A DNA stretch of 64,000 bases from a virus, in the IMG/VR virus record IMGVR_UViG_3300042197_002234, positions 32,001 through 96,000 of that record, one strand, 5' to 3'. Made by a program: the position numbers and the translations under genes. Below the pieces are notes generated by a model. It did not search any database. It had not been told where the DNA came from and was given only the letters and a program-made list of their open reading frames with translations. Below are positions 18,840 to 29,412 of this stretch, piece after piece (the stretch's first letter is position 1; each line of letters starts with the position of its first letter).

Positions 18840-19142
18840 TTATTGACCTTCAAATATATAAATATTAGCATCCATGAAAATGAATATCTCACCGTCTTGA
18901 TAAATCTTAGCTTTTTCATCACAATATATAATTCCGAATTTTTCACAACCAATAGAATCAATTAATTTTAACCCCAATGCGGGGGCGGTGTTAAATTGAA
19001 TTGGTAGTGTAATAACTAATGATGGTGGTATTGAGGTGTTTATAGTGGCAATTAAAACACATTGATTTCCATACACATCACACGCGAATAGATTGAATGG
19101 TAATGATACCCCTGTTACTGATGTAATTTCTATTTGAGTCAT
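18840..19142 (-). CDS. Hypothetical 100-aa protein, probably virion-associated
   Basis: Co-oriented between two large repeat-containing genes, with TATTTAT 6 nt upstream. Confidence 0.7.
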   Translation of the reverse strand: MTQIEITSVTGVSLPFNLFACDVYGNQCVLIATINTSIPPSLVITLPIQFNTAPALGLKLIDSIGCEKFGIIYCDEKAKIYQDGEIFIFMDANIYIFEGQ

Positions 19143-19168
19143 ACATCAATAAATACTCAATAATTTAT

Positions 19169-21838
19169 TTAACAACTACCAACCGAAGGTGATGGTGTTG
19201 GAGTTTGTGTTGGAGTTTTACTTGGTTTTGGGGTTTTACTTGGGTCAGGACAACCGCATGGATTTGTACAAGTTACTGACGGTGTAGGGGTATTTGTTGA
19301 AGTAGGGGTTTGAGTCATTGTTGGTGTTGGTGTTGGACTTGGAACTTTACAAGGGTCAAAAGAAGGTGTTGGGGTTACAGTTGGAGTAACTGTAGGTGTA
19401 GGTGTTTTAGTAGTTGTTGGTGTTGGGGTTGGTGTAGGTGTTGGTCTATTAACATATAAAACAAAATTGCATGTTGGGTCACAACTACCTGGTACAGTAG
19501 TTAATGTATAAGAACCATAAACCTCTCTTGGTGGAACTAACAAATACGGTCTAAATAAAAATGGTATTGTATGTTCACCTAAATTAATTATTATATCTTC
19601 ATTATCAGGTTTAAAAATAATGTTCATTAATTCACCATCATAGTTATTACTATCAATAATAATTTCATTAGTCGAACCTGAACTACCTGATATTACATAC
19701 GTAAAATCATCTTCTAAACATTCTGTAGTACAATCGGGACAATCAGGGTTAAACATCCTGAATGTATTTTTTAATAAATTAAAATTGTGTTTAACCTCAG
19801 GTGCGGATAGAGGTGTTACATACATTCTAAATTGTGATATACCACCTTCAAACGTCCCTGCAAAATTTTGTTCTATTAATATATGGTTATCCATACCATT
19901 AAATGTTGTACCTGTTAAATCATTAACAGGAAAACATTCAGGGTCTTGAATGTATGGTCCGTTTGGTAAAGTTGTTGATGAAAAAACAAGATTTTCTCTT
20001 AACCCTTGTGTTCCGCCACCCCAAGAAATATTAAATGGTACCCCAACTTGTCGTTCTTTATCAGTGTTTAAAGCTCTTGGAATTATCTCTTCAAAATCTT
20101 CTATGGTATGAAATAATTTACCGTTAATGTAAATTTTTAATCTACCACTTCTCATTTTCTTTTCTAACAACCATTTGTCATTTAAATTGACAATTTGAAT
20201 TGTTTCAGGTGTTTTACCGTTAATATTAGTGTATGGTATTGTTATTAATGACGCTGCGTTATTGGCTAAACTTTCCAAATGTAGTGTTTCGGTAATGTCA
20301 CCCAATCCACCTCTATACCACAAATCACAAACATCTAACCATGTGTATCGTTCCCAAACCGCATCAAACTGAAACCATCTTTCAATATCTAACCATGATG
20401 GACAAACTTCTGCACAGAACGGGTATATTGGTGTAGTACAATAATCAAATATTGTATATCCTGTTGTGAATGTTGTTCCTGTATTTTCACAAGAACCCGT
20501 AGTTGTACAATCACCAGTAAATCTTAAAACTCTAATACCTATTGATGGATTCTTTGGGTCACCACATAATCTAAACGACATTGCGTTAGACATTGAATCG
20601 TATAACGGGTCTTTTTCACACGTATTTTCTATTGAGGTAAAACCTGTATAACAATCCACACAATCATCACAAGTATCACAATTTGTACATGTTGGAGTAC
20701 AAGTTGGTTCTGGTTTCCAACAATCAGGAGTAGGACTTGGTGTCGGTGTAGGCGTGGGGGTTGGTATTATTATATTTGCACACTCATGTTTTTGACATTC
20801 CCAACCACAAGTTTCACAAGGATAATCATTACAATCACATCCACAACTTATTGTTTTTTGTGGGTCACCTTTACAAAAATCACAACCGTAATTTACATGA
20901 GGGTCATGAATGTTATTTACTGACCTTGGTGGGTAAACATAGATACATCTACTATTTGTTATAGTTCTATTACAACAAGCACAAGTTTCAAGTTTTGTTA
21001 AACCTGAAGTAACTCTATTATAGTTTGGGAAACATTTTGGGTTACCATCAGCGTGATGCCAAAATTTATTTTCCGACCTCGTTCCAAAATAAAAGAAAGT
21101 ATTTTTATTGTTTGGATATATTTCATTTAAAGTTGTTTCATTAGGTCCTGGTGTATATTCATTAACCAATCTAGGTTTTAATAACATTTCAATAGCCCAA
21201 CCTTTGTTTGTCCTTTCAGGAAAAACCTCATAATCATACCCAAATAATTTATAAAATCCTTGATAAAATCCACCATATAATTCATGATACATTCCTTCAT
21301 ACGGACTAGTTTTTGACACAACTTCATATAATACAGTTTTGTTAAAACCCGAAAATCTAACATTGGGTGAAGTACTCGTATATCCAGTGACTTGGAAAAG
21401 TTTCAGTCTTCTGTCAAAATACAACCTATTAAATTTTAGAAAATCACTAAACAATCCTTCAGTAAAGGTTATAGTTTCACCTGTTAATTTGGTTACTAAT
21501 CCGTTATCAGTACCAACTAATCCTATATCACAAGATGTGTTTGCCGAAAAACAAGCTAAATCTTTATTTTCAGGATTATAATAATTTTGAGAAACAAAAA
21601 TATTGTTGTAATTATATTGTTTATAATTTAATGTTAATTTTTGTGATGTTAATGGATTGTTGGTATCAAAATATATAGGTAATCTATTCCCATATGTTTG
21701 AGCGATTAAATACGGTGAGAATATTACTTCTTCATTATAATCTCTTTCATCGGTAGACAATGACATATCATTGGACTCTAAACTAAAACTTAAAGACCAA
21801 TTCGGACGAGGATATTGATTAATATTTTGACTCGGCAT
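19169..21838 (-). CDS. Cys-rich, Pro/Thr-linker protein with a LamG/concanavalin-like domain, probable virion protein
   Basis: LKIYINGKL...[24 protein letters not shown] matches the LamG C-terminal pattern. Many CxxC/CxC motifs and two (PT)n tracts. Confidence 0.7.
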   Translation of the reverse strand: MPSQNINQYPRPNWSLSFSLESNDMSLSTDERDYNEEVIFSPYLIAQTYGNRLPIYFDTNNPLTSQKLTLNYKQYNYNNIFVSQNYYNPENKDLACFSANTSCDIGLVGTDNGLVTKLTGETITFTEGLFSDFLKFNRLYFDRRLKLFQVTGYTSTSPNVRFSGFNKTVLYEVVSKTSPYEGMYHELYGGFYQGFYKLFGYDYEVFPERTNKGWAIEMLLKPRLVNEYTPGPNETTLNEIYPNNKNTFFYFGTRSENKFWHHADGNPKCFPNYNRVTSGLTKLETCACCNRTITNSRCIYVYPPRSVNNIHDPHVNYGCDFCKGDPQKTISCGCDCNDYPCETCGWECQKHECANIIIPTPTPTPTPSPTPDCWKPEPTCTPTCTNCDTCDDCVDCYTGFTSIENTCEKDPLYDSMSNAMSFRLCGDPKNPSIGIRVLRFTGDCTTTGSCENTGTTFTTGYTIFDYCTTPIYPFCAEVCPSWLDIERWFQFDAVWERYTWLDVCDLWYRGGLGDITETLHLESLANNAASLITIPYTNINGKTPETIQIVNLNDKWLLEKKMRSGRLKIYINGKLFHTIEDFEEIIPRALNTDKERQVGVPFNISWGGGTQGLRENLVFSSTTLPNGPYIQDPECFPVNDLTGTTFNGMDNHILIEQNFAGTFEGGISQFRMYVTPLSAPEVKHNFNLLKNTFRMFNPDCPDCTTECLEDDFTYVISGSSGSTNEIIIDSNNYDGELMNIIFKPDNEDIIINLGEHTIPFLFRPYLLVPPREVYGSYTLTTVPGSCDPTCNFVLYVNRPTPTPTPTPTTTKTPTPTVTPTVTPTPSFDPCKVPSPTPTPTMTQTPTSTNTPTPSVTCTNPCGCPDPSKTPKPSKTPTQTPTPSPSVGSC

Positions 21839-21848
21839 CTTTTTTATG

Positions 21849-21875
21849 ATAAATAGTATAAAACGAAGTATTTAT
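21849..21875. promoter_or_regulatory. Back-to-back pair of putative phage late-promoter motifs (TATTTAT) for divergent genes
   Basis: ATAAATA at 21849-21855 reads TATTTAT on the minus strand, 10 nt before ATG 21838. TATTTAT at 21869-21875 lies 13 nt before ATG 21889. The same motif precedes about 15 other genes (see findings). Confidence 0.6.
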
Positions 21876-21888
21876 TGTTAAAAGCATC

Positions 21889-22737
21889 ATGATAACTTTT
21901 AATAAAGAGTACTTTGGTAATAATTATTATTTCTTCTTGAAAGAATCAGAAGAAAAGATAAGTTTATATTACTCTGTTGCCGAAACTTTAACGGAATCGA
22001 GAAAAAAAGATAAAAAAATGGATTTTGATAAAAGAGACGATAAAAAAATTAAAAAAATTGTGGACGACCTTTTAAATTCAAAAGACAAACCATCATTGAA
22101 AAAAGTTGAGGATAAACTTAAATCGGTAAAGAAAAAAGGTGAAATTGAAGAATTGGTTGATTATGATGGCACAATGTTGAGTTCAAGAATACCATTTTTA
22201 AATTTAACTTTAACACCGAGAAAAACTATGGACCAAACGGTTGCTATGTCAAGAGTAACTAACGACCCTGTAACTAGAGGTTACCGTGTTTATTGGGGTG
22301 AAAGTGAAGATAAAGAAGATGATGTTTTGTCCGAAGTTGATTTTTCAGATGCTTTTGGGTATGAAGAAACTGAATTTAAAGATTTTAAAGATTCAGTAAA
22401 AACATTAAAAGATATGGGTGTTGATAATCCTGTTGAAAGAACTTTAGACTTTGGTAAAATAAAAGGTGAAAAAGTTAAAAAAAACAGAAAAGGACAAAAA
22501 GTTTTAAAACAAAGGTTATCTGAAAAAGATTCAATTGAAGAACAACAAAGACAGGAAATGATTAAAATGGTTGAGGATATGTTAGCCAAAAAATCAAAGT
22601 CAGATTCTGATGTTGTAGGTAAAGAAAAACCAATTAGTAAAATATTAACTAAAAATTTAGAATCAATTAAAAAAATTGCTGATAAAGAAGGTATTAGTAT
22701 TAATAAATTAATAAACATTCTTAAAAAAGGTGAATAA
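21889..22737 (+). CDS. Hypothetical protein
   Basis: 282-aa Lys/Glu-rich ORF with an upstream motif and overlapping the next gene. Confidence 0.75.
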   Translation: MITFNKEYFGNNYYFFLKESEEKISLYYSVAETLTESRKKDKKMDFDKRDDKKIKKIVDDLLNSKDKPSLKKVEDKLKSVKKKGEIEELVDYDGTMLSSRIPFLNLTLTPRKTMDQTVAMSRVTNDPVTRGYRVYWGESEDKEDDVLSEVDFSDAFGYEETEFKDFKDSVKTLKDMGVDNPVERTLDFGKIKGEKVKKNRKGQKVLKQRLSEKDSIEEQQRQEMIKMVEDMLAKKSKSDSDVVGKEKPISKILTKNLESIKKIADKEGISINKLINILKKGE

Positions 22738-23200
22738 AGATTTATACGGACATAAAGTACCACTACCTGAAGATGTTGTAACTTATTTAGAACAATGTTA
22801 TAACGCAGCGTCTAATGCCGACGAAACAACTGAAGGGTATAAAAGAAATAAAGAATTAAGGGATTCTAAAGAAGTTACATACCAACAATTAAAAAGAATG
22901 AAAAATTGGTTTGATTCTTTTGATGGAAATGAAAATGATTTACCTTATATATTAAATGGTGGTCACTATGTTAAAAATTGGGTAGACAATACTTTAGGGT
23001 CTATGAGAAATAATGTTGATATGGGTAAAAAAATAAAATCTGAAGTTTTACCAAACCAATATATTAAAAATCACGAAAAGGGTGATTTAAGAAATATGCA
23101 CAGACCCAGTAAAAGTCACAAATCCTCGGTAGAAAAATACGATACAGCAGTTACTGAAAGCCTAAAAAGAATAAACGAACTAATAAAAAAAATAATTTAA
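22730..23200 (+). CDS. Hypothetical protein
   Basis: 156-aa ORF, translationally coupled to the previous gene. Confidence 0.75.
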   Translation: MNKDLYGHKVPLPEDVVTYLEQCYNAASNADETTEGYKRNKELRDSKEVTYQQLKRMKNWFDSFDGNENDLPYILNGGHYVKNWVDNTLGSMRNNVDMGKKIKSEVLPNQYIKNHEKGDLRNMHRPSKSHKSSVEKYDTAVTESLKRINELIKKII

Positions 23201-23204
23201 AAAT

Positions 23205-23498
23205 ATGGCAACACAAGAACCATTAAATTTTGAACAACCCGCAAATGAACTTTCGGCTATCGCTGAAATGGAAAGAGCTAAATTGTTACCAAAAAACGAT
23301 TTTAAACCAACAAACCAATATTCGTCCGTAAACCCTGACGCTTTAGCTGATGGTGATGACATGGGTAAAGGTACTGGTGAGTTTTTAGATGTATACAATC
23401 AAAATGCGGGGGCTATCCAAGACATTCTTGAAAGAAAGGCTGAAATAGTTATTAACGAATATCAACCAAACAAACCGTACACAACACCGAGCGCGTAA
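23205..23498 (+). CDS. Hypothetical protein
   Basis: 97-aa ORF; the stop overlaps the next start (TAATG). Confidence 0.7.
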   Translation: MATQEPLNFEQPANELSAIAEMERAKLLPKNDFKPTNQYSSVNPDALADGDDMGKGTGEFLDVYNQNAGAIQDILERKAEIVINEYQPNKPYTTPSA

Positions 23499-23887
23499 TG
23501 AAACTTTACAACACAGTTAAATCTCTTATCTTAGAAGTAGCATCAGTAGACTCTATTGTTAAAGCTATTAAAAATAAAGATAAAGTAATAATTTACTATG
23601 ATGGTGATGAACCAGGCGGTAGAGGTTTACGCGAGATTGAACCTGTTTGTTTTGGTTATAGTAAAGCTAATAACCCTGTTCTTAGAGCTTGGGATAACGA
23701 AGGGGCTTCTCACACAGGTTACAAAGGTGAACAACCGTTACCTGGTTGGAGATTATTTAGGGTTGATAAAATCTTATCTTTTAAGCCTACGGGTGAAAAA
23801 TTTGCACAGATGAAACCAAATTATAATCCTAATGGGGACAAGAGTATGAATAGGGTAATAATAAACGCAGTTTTTGAAAATCAATAA
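23498..23887 (+). CDS. Stand-alone WYL-domain protein
   Basis: VIIYY...REIEPVCFG...LRAWD...WRLFRVDKI follows the WYL pattern (R-x-V-x-P...L-x-A-W...R-x-F-R-x-D-R-I). No HTH. Confidence 0.7.
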   Translation: MKLYNTVKSLILEVASVDSIVKAIKNKDKVIIYYDGDEPGGRGLREIEPVCFGYSKANNPVLRAWDNEGASHTGYKGEQPLPGWRLFRVDKILSFKPTGEKFAQMKPNYNPNGDKSMNRVIINAVFENQ

Positions 23888-23895
23888 TATTAAAT

Positions 23896-24489
23896 ATGTC
23901 ATCAGAAAATGAATTAATTAAAAAACTAATGGTATCTAAAGCCATTATGGATAAACACAAAGAAATACCAAGAACTGGTAATTCTTCGGGGGTGATTAAT
24001 ACCCCTGCGGTAGAATCTTTTAACGCTCCTGAGGCAAAATACAATTTACCTTCAGAATTTTTAGAAGAAAGTACACCTAAAAAAGTTGTTAAAAATGAAA
24101 TACCAACAACAGATAGAATAATGTCATCAAAACTACCTGATGAAATTAAACGATTAATGATTGAGCATCCAATAACCCAATCAAACCCAATGACAGGTCC
24201 AACTTTATCAAATGATTTAATTGATAAAGCAGCTAGATTAATGAATGTCGATGCTAGCGGTAAACAAGTAGGTGAAATTCCTAAAAGAAAACCTCAAGGA
24301 CAAAATGTCTTTGAGAATGTCTCTGAAACATCAAATTTAAAGAGTTTATTAAAAGAGGTTGTTGAGGAAGTTTTATTAGAAAATGGTATACTATCTGAAT
24401 CAAGTCAAAGAACTAATGATGTTTTTAGTTTTAAGGTGGGTAAACATATTTTTGAAGGTAAAGTTACAAAAATTAAAAAGATTAAATAA
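23896..24489 (+). CDS. Hypothetical protein
   Basis: 197-aa ORF followed by a terminator. Confidence 0.75.
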   Translation: MSSENELIKKLMVSKAIMDKHKEIPRTGNSSGVINTPAVESFNAPEAKYNLPSEFLEESTPKKVVKNEIPTTDRIMSSKLPDEIKRLMIEHPITQSNPMTGPTLSNDLIDKAARLMNVDASGKQVGEIPKRKPQGQNVFENVSETSNLKSLLKEVVEEVLLENGILSESSQRTNDVFSFKVGKHIFEGKVTKIKKIK

Positions 24490-24510
24490 TTTTAAAAATA
24501 GTATTTTTCT

Positions 24511-24545
24511 AAACCCTCCATTTAATGGGGGGTTTTTTATTTTAC
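24511..24545 (+). terminator. Intrinsic terminator
   Basis: AAACCCTCCAT-TTA-ATGGGGGGTTT stem followed by a T-rich run. Confidence 0.75.
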
Positions 24546-24582
24546 CACAGTTACCTTTTGATAGAACGGGATATTTATATTT

Positions 24583-25344
24583 ATGGATGGAAAAACAAGA
24601 AAAAAAATTATTTCAGAATACAAGAAAGGTAAAAGTAGTTTAGATATTGTTAAAATAGTTAAACTATCAAAACCAACAATTCTTAAAGTTTTAAATGAAG
24701 AGGGATTAGTTAGAAAAAGAGATAGGTGTTCTAAATTAAAGATAGATAAGGTTGGTAAGAATTATGTTGTTAATAGAACTTGTCCAAAATGCGGTAAGTT
24801 TATTAAAACAAAATCTAAGGATAAGATAATCGCTTGTAGAAATCATTTTAACAAACTGAATAATTCTTCATTATGTAAACCATGTTCTTTAAAATTACAG
24901 GTGGGTGAGGGAAATCCTTTTTACGGTAAAAAACATACTAAAGATAGTTTGATAAAAATGACTAAAACTTTAACAAATTCACCAAGAAAATTTAGTTCAT
25001 CATCAAAACCTGAAAAAGTTATATATAATATTTTAAAAGAATTAAATTATTCCGTAAAAAAATCATACCGAATTGATAGGTATATTTGTGATATATTCAT
25101 AGAAAAGTTAAATCTAATTATAGAATATAATGGTGATTACTGGCATTGTAATCCAAAAAAATATGACAGAAATTATATACATCCACATAAAAAAAAGACG
25201 GCATATAAAATTTGGGAAGAAGACAATATTAGGATTGATAATTTAAGGAATATGGGTTATACTTTAATTGTTATATGGGAATCGGAATTTGATTCCATTA
25301 ACACAATTAAAAGTATATTAAAAGAATATGACACAAAAGATTAA
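24583..25344 (+). CDS. Free-standing homing-type endonuclease (HTH, zinc finger, NUMOD3 and Vsr/DUF559-like nuclease)
   Basis: GEGNPFYGKKHT (NUMOD3), CPKC...CKPC, and SSKPE...CDIFIEKLNLIIEYNGDYWHC (Vsr/DUF559-type core). Confidence 0.8.
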   Translation: MDGKTRKKIISEYKKGKSSLDIVKIVKLSKPTILKVLNEEGLVRKRDRCSKLKIDKVGKNYVVNRTCPKCGKFIKTKSKDKIIACRNHFNKLNNSSLCKPCSLKLQVGEGNPFYGKKHTKDSLIKMTKTLTNSPRKFSSSSKPEKVIYNILKELNYSVKKSYRIDRYICDIFIEKLNLIIEYNGDYWHCNPKKYDRNYIHPHKKKTAYKIWEEDNIRIDNLRNMGYTLIVIWESEFDSINTIKSILKEYDTKD

Positions 25345-26548
25345 CGTATTAGTTCTCCCAAGCGACAAAACTGGGTGTGGTAAGTTTAGGTCCGTAGAAC
25401 CTCACATCTTCTTACAAAATCTTTATCCAAATGATTTTCATGTTGATATAGATTATGAACCAAAAATAAACGATATAAACTATTGGAAGAAATACCAAAT
25501 AGTTCATGTGCATAGAAGTATTGGGAGTAACTATGACGCATCACCAGCAATAATTAAAGGTTTAAAACAATTAGGTATTCAGGTTGTTGTTGATATTGAT
25601 GATTATTGGTTACCCACCAAAGAACATCCAATACATCAATTAATTGTTAAAGAACAAATTGATAAAAAAATTATTGCAAATTTAAAAGAAGCGTCATATG
25701 TAACAACAACTACTAATTTATTTGCCAACGAAATAAAAAAAATAAACAAAAATGTTGTTGTATTTCCAAACGCCATTAATCCAAACGAAGGTCAGTTTAA
25801 TCAAAAAACAGAATCTTCAGATAAGATTAGAGTTGGTTGGTTAGGTGGGTCATCTCACTTACATGATTTAAAACTATTAGAAGGTTTTATATCAAAAAAC
25901 GGTTCAGAATTAAATAACAAATTACAATATGTTATTTGTGGGTTTGATACTAGAGGTGTTGTAACTGAAATAAATCCACAAACAGGAGAACAAAGAAGAA
26001 GAGATATTTTACCACACGAGACCGTATGGGCGAGATACGAAGAAATATTTACAGACAACTACAGAATTGTTGACGATAACTATAAAAATTTCTTACTTCA
26101 ATATAAAGAAGAAGAATATAAGAGTACTGAAGAATTACCTTATGTTCGTGTTTGGACAAAACCAGTTACATCATACGCCATGAACTATTCTAAATTTGAC
26201 ATTTCATTAGCACCTATTAAAAACCACATGTTTAACAGAATGAAATCTCAACTTAAAGTAATTGAAGCTGGTTTCTATAAAAAAGCGTTAATCGCGTCAG
26301 ATATTGGTCCGTATACTATTGATTTAAAACACTGTTTGAAAAATGGTGAATTTGTTGACGGTAATGCGATGTTAGTGTCTGAAAATAGAAATCATAGTGA
26401 TTGGGCTAAATTTATTAAAAGATTAGTTAATAACCCAAACCTAATTACTGACATGGGTGAACGTCTTTACGAAACAGTTAAAAATAAATACGACCTTTCT
26501 ATTGTGTCTAAAAATAGAGCAGAATTTTACAAAACAATAATTAAATAA
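25328..26548 (+). CDS. GT-B fold glycosyltransferase (GT4-like)
   Basis: IRVGWLGGSSH, FDISLAPIKNHMFNRMKSQLKVIEAG...ALIASDIGPY. Confidence 0.8.
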   Translation: MTQKINVLVLPSDKTGCGKFRSVEPHIFLQNLYPNDFHVDIDYEPKINDINYWKKYQIVHVHRSIGSNYDASPAIIKGLKQLGIQVVVDIDDYWLPTKEHPIHQLIVKEQIDKKIIANLKEASYVTTTTNLFANEIKKINKNVVVFPNAINPNEGQFNQKTESSDKIRVGWLGGSSHLHDLKLLEGFISKNGSELNNKLQYVICGFDTRGVVTEINPQTGEQRRRDILPHETVWARYEEIFTDNYRIVDDNYKNFLLQYKEEEYKSTEELPYVRVWTKPVTSYAMNYSKFDISLAPIKNHMFNRMKSQLKVIEAGFYKKALIASDIGPYTIDLKHCLKNGEFVDGNAMLVSENRNHSDWAKFIKRLVNNPNLITDMGERLYETVKNKYDLSIVSKNRAEFYKTIIK

Positions 26549-26550
26549 TC

Positions 26551-27282
26551 ATGATTAATATTCCAATTACTAAAATTTTATTTTTGGACATTGAGACCGT
26601 TGGTAGGTGTCCTGACTATGAATCTTGTCAAAAATTTAGTCCTGAAATTGCGGACCAATTTGAAAAGTATTACGATTGGTTTCAAAAAAGATTTCCAGAA
26701 GACCATTTAACGACACCTAAAAACATTAAAGAATCTGAAACAAAAAAAGATGAAGTTTTTAGAAAAAGAGCGGCTTTAGTACCTGAATTTGCAAAAATAG
26801 TTTGCGTGTCAATGGCTTTCGTTATGGATAGTGGTGATATCAAAAAACAAACATTTTCAGGTGACGATGAGAAAAAATTGTTAACCGATGTTAGAAATCT
26901 TCTTGACCGTTGTCATAAATTGGATTTCTTTTTGTGTGGACATAATTTAAAAAACTTTGATATCCCTATGTTAGCTAAACGTATGATAATTAACGGTATT
27001 ATGCCGTCAAAGATTCTTCCATCCTATGATACCAAGCCTTGGGAGGTTAAAGCTATTGATACAAAAGAAATTTGGCAATACGGTGCTTACAGTTCTATAG
27101 GGTCTCTTGATTTAGTTTGTTCCACTATGGGAATTCCAACACCAAAAGAAGGTGAAGTTACAGGGGCGACAGTTCATGAGTCATATTGGGAAAAACAAAT
27201 GTTATCAAAAATTGCGGAATATTGTGAAAAGGATGTTGAGGTTTTAATTGATTTTATAAAAAAATTAAAGGATTTAAAATGA
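26551..27282 (+). CDS. PolB-like stand-alone 3'-5' exonuclease (DnaQ superfamily)
   Basis: ExoI FLDIET, ExoII GHNLKNFDIP, ExoIII EYCEKDV. Confidence 0.85.
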   Translation: MINIPITKILFLDIETVGRCPDYESCQKFSPEIADQFEKYYDWFQKRFPEDHLTTPKNIKESETKKDEVFRKRAALVPEFAKIVCVSMAFVMDSGDIKKQTFSGDDEKKLLTDVRNLLDRCHKLDFFLCGHNLKNFDIPMLAKRMIINGIMPSKILPSYDTKPWEVKAIDTKEIWQYGAYSSIGSLDLVCSTMGIPTPKEGEVTGATVHESYWEKQMLSKIAEYCEKDVEVLIDFIKKLKDLK

Positions 27283-27890
27283 TAGATAAATTAAAAGATT
27301 TAGGGTCTTTAAAAGACATGGCCGACAAATTAGAGCAAATGCTTAAAGAAAATAATGCGGATGAGTTAAGTTTAGATAAAATTTACGATGAGTTTGGTTT
27401 AGACATTAAAAAACTTGATGAAGATATGAGGAACTATAAACCTAAACTTTATTTAGGTTTTACAAAACTACATCCTGATGCTTTTACCCCTAAGTACAAC
27501 TATTCATCTGACTCAGGATTTGATTTACATTCAGTTGAGGATGTAACTATAGGTCCTTTTGGTAGAGCTTTGGTACCAACAGGATTATCTTTCGATATTA
27601 AAGACGGGTATGAAATTCAAGTACGCTCAAAAAGCGGTTTAGCGATTAACCAAGGACTCATGGTTTTAAATTCACCAGGTACTGTTGATAACGGGTATAC
27701 TGGTGAAGTAAAAGTTATAGTATTTAATACTAACAATAATGAAGTTAACATAACTAAAGGTATGAAAATTGCTCAAGCCGTTTTATGTCCTGTGGTTAAC
27801 GGTGGATGGGTTGATTTAGAAGAAAACGATACTGTAGAAAACAAAGATAGAGGAAATAAAGGATTTGGTTCAACTGGAATATTTGCATGA
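27279..27890 (+). CDS. dut: Trimeric dUTPase with an N-terminal extension
   Basis: SGFDL, RSKSG, GTVDNGYTGE, KIAQAV and RGNKGFGSTG motifs I-V. Confidence 0.95.
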   Translation: MIDKLKDLGSLKDMADKLEQMLKENNADELSLDKIYDEFGLDIKKLDEDMRNYKPKLYLGFTKLHPDAFTPKYNYSSDSGFDLHSVEDVTIGPFGRALVPTGLSFDIKDGYEIQVRSKSGLAINQGLMVLNSPGTVDNGYTGEVKVIVFNTNNNEVNITKGMKIAQAVLCPVVNGGWVDLEENDTVENKDRGNKGFGSTGIFA

Positions 27891-29401
27891 TAACAATAAT
27901 TTACTCAACACACAAAGATGAAAATTACAATAACAAATTTAGACAACATTTGTTAAAAACTGTTGGGTTAAAAAATGTGCAAATATTACAGTATATTAAT
28001 CATAATCAATACAGTTTATCTGAATTATATAATAAAGGAATTGAAGAATCTGAGTTTGATATTGTTGTTTGTTGTCACAATGATATTAAACTTGACAATG
28101 GTTGGGGTAAAAAATTATTTAGGGATTTTGAAAATAACCCTAATTATGCTATTATAGGTAAAGCGGGTTCGTGTTATTTTCCTGAATCAGGAATATATTG
28201 GGAAAGAATGGGTCAGACCATGGTAGGTCAAGTTTATCACCAACCTGAAGGCGTTAAAAAATGGTTGAGTCCTTATTCATCTAAATTTTCGTTTTTGATT
28301 CCTGTTGTCACGATAGATGGTTTATTCATATCTTTTAACAAAACAAAAATTAAACACGGATTTGATGAAACTATTGGTAAGTTTCATTTTTATGACCATC
28401 CATTCTGTTTATCAAATTATTTGGATGGTGTTAATATAGGTGTGACAAGTTCATTTGAAATAACTCACGAATCTGTTGGTAGACCAAATGAAGAGTTTTT
28501 TAAATCAAAAGAAAAATTTTTAGAAAAATACGGTAAAAATTTACCTTTGGATTTACCACCAACAGAAATATACTTTGAGGTTTCAAAAGAAAAACCAATC
28601 AAAAAAATAGGTAAAATAGCGATTATAATACCAACAAAAGGTAAAATTGAAATGTTGTTTGATTGCGTAAACTCATTTTATGAACACTGTAATCCTGAGT
28701 TATTTGATATTTTTATTGCGGATACGGGTTCATCTGAAAGTGAAAAAGAATGGATTAAATCTAATATTCTCAATTTAGGTAATATTAAACTACTCGAGTA
28801 TGATTACTACAATTTTGCAAAAATAAATAATGACGTTGTAAAAAATCATATTGATAACAAATACGAATTTTTATTATTTTGTAATAATGATATTAAAATT
28901 ATTAATAATGTTATTTATGAAATGTTAAAAGTTTACCAAACAAATCATAGAGTAGGCACTGTGGGTGCTAGATTACATTTTAAAAATAATACAGTACAAC
29001 ATAGCGGTATTGTTATATTTTATTCTAATAAAACAAAAGAAATTGGTATTAATCATTTAGGTATAAATTCTTATTATAATTATAATAAGAATGTTAATGA
29101 GGTTATTGGGAATACTGCGGCTCTTTTAATGATTAAGAAATATTTATTTTTAAAATCAGGTATGTTTAATGAAAGTTACATTGGTTGTTTTGAGGATGTC
29201 GAATTAAATTTAAAATGTGTTATTTTGGGATATAAGAATTATTTTGCAGGTAACGCGGTTTCATATCATTATGAATCACAAACAAGAAATGAAGATGATG
29301 AAAATTTAAAAAAACAAAAATATGATTATAATAATGTTTTACTTCCTTTTATAATTGAAAATTTAGAAAAAATAAAAAAAAATATAAAAATAATGAATTA
29401 A
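27887..29401 (+). CDS. Tandem two-domain GT2-family glycosyltransferase
   Basis: Domain 1: YNKGI...VCCHNDI...FHFYD. Domain 2: IIIPTK...FIADTGS...FAKINN...LFCNNDI...GNTAALLMI...FEDVELNL. Confidence 0.85.
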   Translation: MITIIYSTHKDENYNNKFRQHLLKTVGLKNVQILQYINHNQYSLSELYNKGIEESEFDIVVCCHNDIKLDNGWGKKLFRDFENNPNYAIIGKAGSCYFPESGIYWERMGQTMVGQVYHQPEGVKKWLSPYSSKFSFLIPVVTIDGLFISFNKTKIKHGFDETIGKFHFYDHPFCLSNYLDGVNIGVTSSFEITHESVGRPNEEFFKSKEKFLEKYGKNLPLDLPPTEIYFEVSKEKPIKKIGKIAIIIPTKGKIEMLFDCVNSFYEHCNPELFDIFIADTGSSESEKEWIKSNILNLGNIKLLEYDYYNFAKINNDVVKNHIDNKYEFLLFCNNDIKIINNVIYEMLKVYQTNHRVGTVGARLHFKNNTVQHSGIVIFYSNKTKEIGINHLGINSYYNYNKNVNEVIGNTAALLMIKKYLFLKSGMFNESYIGCFEDVELNLKCVILGYKNYFAGNAVSYHYESQTRNEDDENLKKQKYDYNNVLLPFIIENLEKIKKNIKIMN

Positions 29402-29412
29402 TACACAATAAA

